Shown: positions 59,401 through 64,000 of the stretch, in pieces
Position numbering within the stretch: position 1 is the first letter of the stretch
Layout of the letters: the number at the start of each line of letters is the position of its first letter
Source: Vicugna vicugna
Lineage: Eukaryota
DNA length: 64,000 bases
Assembly (NCBI GenBank): GCA_013265495.1
Contig: MU061578.1
Location: forward strand, 4,597,308 to 4,661,307
Direction: 5' to 3'
The notes under the pieces: model-generated
The model's input: only the letters and a program-made list of their open reading frames with translations
What the model was told of the DNA's origin: nothing
The model's database searches: none
Translations under genes and position numbers: made by a program

Positions 59401-60473
59401 GGGGGGCTGGGCCGCCCCACACAGGCACCGGCCCTGCTCGGAGAGGGCTGCGAGGTCCTGGCCAGCCACGAAGCAGAAGGCGCTGCAGGCCTCAGTTGCC
59501 AGCGGGCCCTCATGGGCAGCTGAGAAGGCCAGCAGCACCACGGTGCCCGAGCTGTCGTCAGGGACACAGGCGATGTACTCCTCACCTAGAAGGGGAAGGC
59601 AGGTGGGTCCCACAGGCGCACCCCACCCCTGCTGCCTCTCTGTCCCCATTCCAGGTCCCAGATCACATCACTCGCGACCCTCCAACGGCTGCATGGCACT
59701 CACCCCCACCTCCAGGCTGGTCTCCCCACCTCCCACTCACACCATCCCCTGGTCCAGAGGGCCTTGCTGACTTCTCACCAGGTCAGTCTGTCTCAGCCCT
59801 GCAATCGTTCCCCAGGTGCATCTGCTCCCGGATCCCTGTCTGCCACCCCTAGACTGGTGACCCCTGAAAACCTGCAGGGTTCCCACTTGGCCCAGCTGCC
59901 GGGCAGGGAGGGGCTGAGTCTACCCCGCCCACCCGCACTCACCACAGCCACTGTCCAGCAGAGGGACGCTGAGGAGGGGCTGGCCAGCCAGGGGGCCAGG
60001 CCCAGAGCATGTGGCCGCCTCGGGCCGCACCACGCGAACCTGCTGCTCCTCCGCCCAGCGCGGCAGCCAGGCCAGACCACAGTCACACTCCAGCGGGTTC
60101 CCGCTCAGGTTTCTGGGGGCAGAGGGCAAGGCAGGCGTCCAGCGGGCAGTGAGGCAGGTGTCGGGGACCATGGGCCCAGCCACCAACAACCACCAAAAAC
60201 AACAAAACTTACATTTCACTTAAATTAAATAAATTAGCAAATATTCCTTCTTCTAATGTAGAAATCTTGTTGTCGCTTATGTCCCTGTAAGAAAGGGGAG
60301 GTTCAACACGGTTGGATCAGGGCCCCAACAACCGCACTGGGGACAGGCAGCTGCCACCTGCCCACTTAGAATCCCACAGCCGCCCTGGAGGGGACACTCA
60401 CAGCTCTGTCAGCGCCGAGAGGTTCGCCAGGAACGCGCTGTCCAGTGCCTGGAGCAGGTTGTGGGAGATGTCT
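31987..60473 (-). CDS. PKD1: Polycystin-1 gene, multi-exon CDS span, exons 2-46 (exon 1 lies outside the window)
   Basis: 45 exons join in frame: LRR, WSC, C-type lectin, PKD repeats (WDFGDG), REJ, GPS HL|T, PLAT, TM region, RRLRLWMGFSKVKEFRHKVR, KIHPSST*. Confidence 0.98.
32467..32561 (-). ncRNA. MIR1225: MIR1225 mirtron (entire PKD1 intron 45, 95 nt)
   Basis: Intron starts GTGGGTACGGCCCAGTGGGGGG and ends CGAGCCCCTGTGCCGCCCCCAG; these match miR-1225-5p/3p as I recall them, and the arms pair. Confidence 0.88.
32562..32867 (-). CDS. PKD1: PKD1 exon 45 (306 nt)
   Basis: LVSSCVDSL...WEPQDYEMVELFLRRLRLWMGFSKVKE; AG/GT flanks. Confidence 0.95.
32943..33077 (-). CDS. PKD1: PKD1 exon 44 (135 nt)
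   Basis: SAQQLRFVRQWSVFGKTLCRALPEL...AQLAVL; AG/GT flanks. Confidence 0.95.
33154..33444 (-). CDS. PKD1: PKD1 exon 43 (291 nt)
   Basis: VSLLLFAVYFSGAEVRAWRREG...SLLFLLLVK; AG/GT flanks. Confidence 0.95.
33548..33722 (-). CDS. PKD1: PKD1 exon 42 (175 nt)
   Basis: SRAVFVELTRYSPAVGLHASVTLRLEFPAAG...PLLTS; AG/GT flanks. Confidence 0.95.
34024..34149 (-). CDS. PKD1: PKD1 exon 41 (126 nt)
   Basis: VWYWGSCAVYDSGGYVQELG...LHNWIDN; AG/GT flanks. Confidence 0.94.
34282..34429 (-). CDS. PKD1: PKD1 exon 40 (148 nt)
   Basis: LCPEPPGSGALTCSAASGSFSTGDYAIGW...TWAYSAPDLL; AG/GT flanks. Confidence 0.92.
34686..34798 (-). CDS. PKD1: PKD1 exon 39 (113 nt)
   Basis: SDEFWPWMSHVLLPYIHGNQSRPELGPPRLRQVRLQE; AG/GT flanks. 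Confidence 0.95.
35198..35337 (-). CDS. PKD1: PKD1 exon 38 (140 nt)
   Basis: GLLVYMFFLLVTLLANYGD...SRAFLAIT; AG/GT flanks. Confidence 0.95.
35747..35941 (-). CDS. PKD1: PKD1 exon 37 (195 nt)
   Basis: ILLEALYFSLVAKRLHPDEDDTLVESP...LHGMLR; AG/GT flanks. Confidence 0.95.
36016..36218 (-). CDS. PKD1: PKD1 exon 36 (203 nt)
   Basis: LVEGLRKRLLPAWCAPLAHGLSLLLV...WEPLK; AG/GT flanks. Confidence 0.95.
36300..36418 (-). CDS. PKD1: PKD1 exon 35 (119 nt)
   Basis: SSTPGDRTQTLMLQKLEERGPPSPG...LSRT; AG/GT flanks. Confidence 0.93.
38150..38300 (-). mobile_element. L2 fragment
   Basis: gagagtcaaaaatgaatccagagtttgg resembles the antisense L2 motif gagtcaaggatgactcc. Confidence 0.45.
38424..38553 (+). mobile_element. 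tRNA-derived SINE, vic-1-like
   Basis: gggggagaggtagaacttggtggtagag...gggttcaatccccag, then (ATCA)n and C-rich tail. Confidence 0.8.
38609..38740 (+). mobile_element. tRNA-derived SINE, vic-1-like
   Basis: gggggagggtagagctcagagatagag...gggttcaatccctag, then aaataaacctaattaccccc tail. Confidence 0.8.
39155..39248 (-). CDS. PKD1: PKD1 exon 34 (94 nt)
   Basis: EDLIRQILAEGVSSLVPTQDTLGEMDLRTG; AG/GT flanks. Confidence 0.92.
39323..39507 (-). CDS. PKD1: PKD1 exon 33 (185 nt)
   Basis: LVCWPSSEGTLSWPDLLSDPSVMGS...YFSAS; AG/GT flanks. Confidence 0.94.
39728..39777 (-). CDS. PKD1: PKD1 exon 32 (50 nt)
   Basis: caacag|AFAGQVKQDLFLEDSK|gtgggg. Confidence 0.92.
39861..39977 (-). CDS. PKD1: PKD1 exon 31 (117 nt)
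   Basis: VAGGPSPTPVGPQALDVDSCLDSSVLDSS...RAE; AG/GT flanks. Confidence 0.94.
40057..40258. mobile_element. MER3-like hAT-Charlie DNA transposon relic
   Basis: ctgtcc...ccactagccacgtgctgcta...gagcacctgaaatgtggct...ttttaatttaatctcattttaattaacttaaat...agccacacgtagcta. Confidence 0.75.
40288..40745 (-). mobile_element. Ancient L1 ORF2 fragment
   Basis: ttttgttgaggatttttgc, tcaccagtgaggccat and tctaggaacttgtc are antisense L1 ORF2 motifs. Confidence 0.75.
40876..41002 (-). CDS. PKD1: PKD1 exon 30 (127 nt)
   Basis: LGPVSNLIPLSFDTVAVGLVSSVVVYPIYLAILFLFRMSRSK; AG/GT flanks. Confidence 0.95.
41100..41310 (-). CDS. PKD1: PKD1 exon 29 (211 nt)
   Basis: AELQRGFFDKHIWLSIWDRPPRSRFTRVQRATCC...AVWYG; AG/GT flanks. 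Confidence 0.95.
41390..41533 (-). CDS. PKD1: PKD1 exon 28 (144 nt), PLAT
   Basis: LSPAWFLQHVIVRDLQ...FLVNDWLSVETEANGGLVEKEVLAA; AG/GT flanks. Confidence 0.94.
41643..41813 (-). CDS. PKD1: PKD1 exon 27 (171 nt), PLAT
   Basis: TTAHVGIMLYGADSRSGHRHLDG...KIRVWHDNK; donor GTCTGT. Confidence 0.94.
42383..42578 (-). CDS. PKD1: PKD1 exon 26 (196 nt), TM1
   Basis: EPASGMNYIVLLTCTVCLVTY...KYEILVKTGWGRGS; AG/GT flanks. Confidence 0.95.
42667..42919 (-). CDS. PKD1: PKD1 exon 25 (253 nt), GPS cleavage site
   Basis: TSLCQYFSEEEMAWRTEGLVP...AVCLTRHL|TAFGASLFVPP; AG/GT flanks. Confidence 0.96.
43079..43235 (-). CDS. PKD1: PKD1 exon 24 (157 nt)
   Basis: LYLPEEPEPFLAVYLHSVPHPNEHNCSA...YTLFIAP; AG/GT flanks. 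Confidence 0.94.
43531..44151 (-). CDS. PKD1: PKD1 exon 23 (621 nt)
   Basis: DLIHLASSDMQGPQPSELG...ILMRSRVLNEEPLTLAGEEI...LQLTYTVLN; AG/GT flanks. Confidence 0.95.
44161..44450. repeat. Polypurine/polypyrimidine tract in PKD1 intron 22
   Basis: 240 of 290 nt (83%) purine on + by hand count; degenerate GGGAGAG(A/G)TC units. Confidence 0.9.
44471..44615 (-). CDS. PKD1: PKD1 exon 22 (145 nt)
   Basis: VSSRGLLCRSCLKKTLHKLEGMMRILQAET...ILNIT; AG/GT flanks. Confidence 0.94.
45335..45487 (-). CDS. PKD1: PKD1 exon 21 (153 nt)
   Basis: YEHTLAMVAEPDLKQQLRAQIRKNITETLVSLRVNTVDDIQQ...AQCT; AG/GT flanks. Confidence 0.94.
45831..46002 (-). CDS. PKD1: PKD1 exon 20 (172 nt)
   Basis: SLAITLPEPPRDPADSPLDLTLWL...QHVIEYSLALITVLNE; AG/GT flanks. 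Confidence 0.93.
46086..46299 (-). CDS. PKD1: PKD1 exon 19 (214 nt), REJ
   Basis: WQDAEDAGAPLVYALLLRRCRQGHCEEF...AAVVALN; AG/GT flanks. Confidence 0.95.
46372..46651 (-). CDS. PKD1: PKD1 exon 18 (280 nt), REJ
   Basis: RWAARTFSNETLVLDETTTSTGS...KVHFECV; AG/GT flanks. Confidence 0.95.
46743..46886 (-). CDS. PKD1: PKD1 exon 17 (144 nt), REJ
   Basis: VLIRSGRVPIVSLECVSCKAQAVY...STRG; AG/GT flanks. Confidence 0.95.
47225..47300 (+). mobile_element. L2 3' end fragment
   Basis: gcctggtacacaggagg...caggtgctca...gatagatgaatga resembles the L2 tail. Confidence 0.45.
47967..48116 (-). CDS. PKD1: PKD1 exon 16 (150 nt), REJ
   Basis: SETGGCVLNFGPRGSSVVTIPRERLQAGVEYTFNLTVWKAGRKEEATNQT; AG/GT flanks. Confidence 0.94.
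48329..51948 (-). CDS. PKD1: PKD1 exon 15 (3620 nt), PKD repeats and start of REJ
   Basis: Lies within the 1250-aa ORF; repeated WDFGDG/WTFGDG motifs; ends WACVASTQ|gtcagt. Confidence 0.97.
52595..52728 (-). CDS. PKD1: PKD1 exon 14 (134 nt)
   Basis: WTFGDGEQVIGQFKPPYNESFQVPDP...HTYTVP; AG/GT flanks. Confidence 0.95.
53000..53175 (-). CDS. PKD1: PKD1 exon 13 (176 nt)
   Basis: LTASNHVSNVTVNYNVTVERM...DSAVEVAF; AG/GT flanks. Confidence 0.95.
53320..53392. repeat. Degenerate (GCCCCT)n repeat in PKD1 intron 12
   Basis: gcccgccctgcccctgccctgcccctgtgcccttgccccctgcgcccctgccctgcccctgtgcccccgccc. Confidence 0.8.
53395..53526 (-). CDS. PKD1: PKD1 exon 12 (132 nt)
   Basis: RYSPVVEAGSDVVFRWTIDDKQSLTF...IFKLS; AG/GT flanks. 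Confidence 0.95.
54451..55206 (-). CDS. PKD1: PKD1 exon 11 (756 nt)
   Basis: VTFHGQDSPLLPGDLISLQHDAGPG...EARVLQGVLV; AG/GT flanks. Confidence 0.95.
55743..55990 (-). CDS. PKD1: PKD1 exon 10 (248 nt)
   Basis: APENISDPQSRSLENRTEPAPSC...CLPLDAPCH...PPTQYS; AG/GT flanks. Confidence 0.93.
56300..56426 (-). CDS. PKD1: PKD1 exon 9 (127 nt)
   Basis: VMVFPGLSLSREAFLTSAEFGTQDL...LRLQVYR; AG/GT flanks. Confidence 0.94.
56866..56981 (-). CDS. PKD1: PKD1 exon 8 (116 nt)
   Basis: PVRDAENFLVGAPRGDLQGPLSPLAQQEALSAPREPVE; AG/GT flanks. Confidence 0.94.
57314..57534 (-). CDS. PKD1: PKD1 exon 7 (221 nt), C-type lectin
   Basis: SLDVWIGFSAVEG...SCQNWLPGEPHPATAERCVRLG...YVCELQP; donor GTTCGC. Confidence 0.94.
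57660..57715 (-). mobile_element. MIR core fragment
   Basis: caaatggggaaactgaggctcagaga is the classic antisense MIR core. Confidence 0.6.
57950..58000. repeat. Degenerate (GGGACA)n repeat in PKD1 intron 6
   Basis: gacagagacaggcagagggacagagggacagggacaggcacagg. Confidence 0.7.
58636..58819 (-). CDS. PKD1: PKD1 exon 6 (184 nt), C-type lectin
   Basis: VHPLCPSDTEIFPGNGHCYRLVAEKAAWLQAQERC...SRVT; AG/GT flanks. Confidence 0.95.
58914..59585 (-). CDS. PKD1: PKD1 exon 5 (672 nt), WSC and first PKD domain
   Basis: EEYIACVPDDSSG...CSAFCF...TRWDFGDGSPE...GEEPAQ; AG/GT flanks. Confidence 0.95.
59943..60112 (-). CDS. PKD1: PKD1 exon 4 (170 nt), LRR C-terminal flank
   Basis: NLSGNPLECDCGLAWLPRWAEEQQVRVV...DSGC; AG/GT flanks. 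Confidence 0.95.
60213..60284 (-). CDS. PKD1: PKD1 exon 3 (72 nt), LRR
   Basis: DISDNKISTLEEGIFANLFNLSE; acag|...|gtaagt. Confidence 0.94.
60402..60473 (-). CDS. PKD1: PKD1 exon 2 (72 nt), LRR
   Basis: DISHNLLQALDSAFLANLSALTE; ccag|...|gtgagt. Confidence 0.94.
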
Positions 60474-61009
60474 CTGGGGAGCAAAGCAGTGCAGGTCAAG
60501 GTTGGAGCCCAGGGCTGGGTACAAAGCTGACCCCAGGCCACGCCAGAAGCCCTCCAGCTGTAGCCTCCCACCCTCCAGGCCTTATTGCCAGGGCCAGGGA
60601 AAGAAGATCTGAATGAACTCTCATCTGGGAACCTGACAGCTAGATCCTCCACCCTCCTCTCCTGCCCCCTGCCCCCTGGCCCAGAAGGGTGGAAATGCAC
60701 CATGGAGGGCAGACTTTACCCCTCCACACAGGGTTCAGAACATACAAGGCAGTCTAGTGGTCTCCAGGGTGGGGGCCCAGATGCTGCCAGCTATGGAGGG
60801 TGGGGGGTGGGAGGGATGGTACTGAGACACAGTGGGGCACAAAGATGAGATAAACAATGAGGAAGTTCTGGTGGATGAACCCATGTCAGAGCAACAGTGA
60901 CGGCCCACGTTAAGCCCTGGGGTCCAGGCATGAGTCAGAGCCGTATCTCGATAACACTAGGGACTCAAAGTCAATGTAAGCACATCAGAGAACTGAACAC
61001 AGGAGAGTC

Positions 61010-61145
61010 ACAGGTTTTCAAAGCGTGAACCTAAAGAAAACATCAAAACCCAAAAGCTCCAACTGCATTTAAAAACACAACTTCCACACAAAATATCATA
61101 AAATCAGAAAACAAATTACAAGCTAGGGAAAGCACTAGCAATTTA
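61010..61145 (+). mobile_element. Ancient L1 fragment in PKD1 intron 1
   Basis: A-rich; aaaaacacaacttcc...aaatcagaaaacaaattacaagctagggaaa resembles the L1 ORF2 3' region. Confidence 0.55.
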
Positions 61146-64000
61146 AATGGCCACCTGGGGGACTTCTGGAGGGCACCACTGGCCCGCAGGTGATTGACGG
61201 GGGGGGGAGCCAGGCCCAGAGTGGGTGAGGGAAGGGGGACTGTGGATGCAGTCAGCTAACCCCTGGGAGCCTGGTCCCCCTTCCACATAGTGGGGCAGCC
61301 ACTGGGAAACTCGGCGCCAAGCGACAGCACGTGGACATGACATGTTCAGCTGATGCTGGCTTCCTAAGGCCTCAGTCAGGAGGGCACAGGCAGTAGGTGG
61401 GCAAGACCACAGTCCTCCACTGAGCCGAGGCTTCCTCAACAGGGGCTGTGAGTAGAACCTCAGGCACAGTGGGAAGGGCAGCACAACAAGGGGCAGGGTC
61501 CTCCCAGTAGTGGGACCTCTGAGACACTGGACAGGGGTCCCACAGAGCAGGGGTGGGGCTGGAGCTCCTGCTGGGACCCAATAGGGGTGGAGGCTTCAGC
61601 CTGGAGGACCTGCAGCCCCACCACTGCTCTGATGGGTGTCCTGAATATGCAGGCCTGGGTGGGGATGAGGGGCAATGCCTGACTTGGCAGAGGCTCTGTC
61701 CCAGCGACAAGCTCAAAACGGCAGCACTTCACCTGAGCTAGGTACCCTAGACAATCTCACTGAGCTTCTCAGTCTCCTACCTAGAGAGAGAGAGTGCGTG
61801 CACGCAAATATAAGTCCCCTCCCCGAAGGGCTGTGAACAGGGCGCCCATGCCCAGGCATGGGTTCCAGGAACTCCAGGAGCAGAGGCTTTTGGGGACGAG
61901 GGAACACGGGGACAGGACCTTCTGGCAGGTCACCTCTGTGCCCCACCATGGAGCCTAGCTTCCTTCATCCCCCTCACATATGGGGAGGAAAAGTCGTCCC
62001 CTTCCATCTGGCAGTGCCATTGGGTAAGCTGAGCTGGGCACTTGCGAGCAAGTCCCAGAGCAGCAGAGGACGCAGCAGCCCATTTTTTTCCAGGGGGTAC
62101 TGTGGGCGGCCCCACCCCAGCCAGCCCAACCATTGGGACACAAGCCAGTCATGTTAGGTATGGAACCCAAGGGGCATGGTGGCTGCAGGTCCTTAGGGAG
62201 CCCATGCGTCCCTCATAGTGTTAAGTTTGCTCAAAGCCCTCAGTCTGTTGTTGAGCAGCGAGCTTACTGGTTGACAAAGATTTCACATACAAATTCTTTG
62301 AGTTTATTCTCCCTGATCCGTGCCACAAAGCCTCCAGAAGGAATCCTGACACCCAGCAGATCACAAACCGAGGATGCAGGATTGACAGCCATAAGGCCAC
62401 GAGAGCTGAGTGGTGAGGAGGGCAGGTCCCAGCACAGCGCTGCTAGTTCTTGCCCACAGCCTAGGGAAGGCTCAATGCTCTCTAGCTCCACTGATACCGC
62501 TCATGTAGCAGTGTCTGTAAAACTCTTACTTGATAAAACAATTTAGGACAGTCACATCTACTTTAGGAAAAAAAAAAAAAAGGGACACACAGTCTTTTCC
62601 AGCACAAGCTGAGGCCCCTCACCATGGCATATGAGAATGTGTGCCCACAGCTAGGCTGGTGGGGTGTCTACACCATGGGGAGGGTGTGAGACAGGCCAGG
62701 AGACCAAGGAAAGGCACCCAGATTCCATCTAATGTCCCGTACCACACTCTGGAGTAGGGACGGCTGTGCCACGAGGAACTTCAGTTAGACCCCAGCAGGG
62801 ACTTCCTAGTGGCTGAAGCAAGGACAGCTGTGGAATCTGAACCTCTGAGAAACTGGGTGGTAGGAGCCTGAGAAGCAACAGCCCTAGGCAGTAAGATGAC
62901 CTGGGGAGGAGGCCTGGGGGACTGTGAGACATCAGGGTAAGTACAGGCATGTAACACCCGCCAGGGGCGCCAGGGACAGCTTCTCAGCCTTCTAGCAGAA
63001 GAGGAAAAAAGGAAAATCCCTAAAATGTTTTTCCACATCCCATTTTCTGGAAAATCCATCATGAGTGGCAGCTGCTGGGAGCCATCTGTGGTGCCAGAGA
63101 AACCAGGACAGGAGGTAGGGGCCAGGTCAACCTCAGTGTCCCAGCCACTGAGCCAGCACCCACGCTGGCAGGACACCACCATCCCTGGCCTCATTGGCCC
63201 ATGGCTCCAGGCCATCCTCGGCCCAGCTCTGTACCACGGAGGCTCCCCTAGAGCAACAGAAGACAGCCTCACCCTGTCACGGGCTCTGGCCACGTGCTCC
63301 GGCCATGTGCTCCATGCTACAGGCCCCAATGGGCCCCTTCTCCCCAGGATTCACCTGGGCCTGGCCATGGCCCACAGTGCAGAGAAAACAGGAGCTTTGC
63401 CTGGGGACCCTGCCCCGCAAAGCTCCTGTGGCCTGAGGGCAGAACCAGGACATGCACCACAGGCCCCGCCGGCCCAGGGCTGTGAGAATGTCTGCACGGC
63501 GCACACCATGGGTAAAACCCATGTCCACTGGGAGGGATGGGGGCAGGGAGGACACTGGAAGAAGGGCTCTGGAGGGGACACTGGAGGCGAATACCAATGG
63601 AGTCCTCACCCAGCCCCATGGCCCTAACAGCCAGTTTTCCACATCCCCATCTGCTTTTGCTGTCACTGTTCTGGGGGAACGCCAAGGTGGCCGTCGGCCA
63701 GCCCACCCCCTCTCCAGCCCCTCGGGTTTCCTCTGCACCCCCTAGGTGACATCATCACAGTCTGACGCCCTGCCCCCACACTTGAGTTCTCCATGTCCTA
63801 CAAAGCGGGGGAGGGGGGCCCAGGGAGCCACCTAAAGGACCTCAAGGAGCCCAGCAGAGCCGGCAGAAGCAGGAGAGATTGGCCAAGCACCATGGCGGCC
63901 AGCCCCCACTGGGAGGAGAGCCAGTGGCCAGACTAGACAACACCCGAGAGGTCCCGGGTCAAGCAGGGTCCACCCTCTGGGCCATCTGGACCCTCCCAGG

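Noticed and set aside
31987-60473. PKD1 pseudogene or segmental duplicate
   Set aside because: Exons 2-46 are all present and in frame with intact splice sites, and the gene adjoins TSC2. The known PKD1 pseudogenes are primate duplicates lacking the 3' exons.
62200-62581. Relatively AT-rich stretch and poly-A run in PKD1 intron 1 as a possible enhancer
   Set aside because: I cannot assign a motif or repeat family by eye; it would need conservation or chromatin data.

Overview
Mammalian genomic DNA containing the tail-to-tail TSC2/PKD1 gene pair. TSC2 (tuberin) runs on + from coding exon 7 to exon 42 (stop 30707-30709, poly(A) signal 30848-30853). PKD1 (polycystin-1) runs on - from exon 2 to exon 46 (stop 31987-31989, poly(A) signal 30919-30924); the window ends in PKD1 intron 1. 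I placed all 81 exons by hand from translation plus splice dinucleotides. Exon numbers and human comparisons are from my recollection of the human genes. Both reading frames are intact, with GT-AG introns except one GC-AG intron in TSC2. Five vic-1-like tRNA-derived SINEs, and no recognisable Alu, B1, Bov-tA, PRE-1 or CanSINE, suggest a camelid. Other elements: the MIR1225 mirtron in PKD1 intron 45, miR-17 and miR-200 seed sites in the PKD1 3'UTR, MLT1, MER3, L1, L2 and MIR relics, and one 149-N gap. I see no clearly new gene or system. The best leads are (1) a perfect 18-bp palindrome carrying AATAAA on both strands at the gene junction, overlapped by a second antisense miR-17 8mer; (2) a purine/pyrimidine tract filling PKD1 intron 22, with no intron-21 tract; (3) a GC donor in TSC2 intron 9; (4) six RBFOX motifs downstream of alternative TSC2 exon 26; (5) a 40-bp direct repeat flanking TSC2 exon 21; and (6) a VxPx-to-IxPx change at the polycystin-1 C-terminus.
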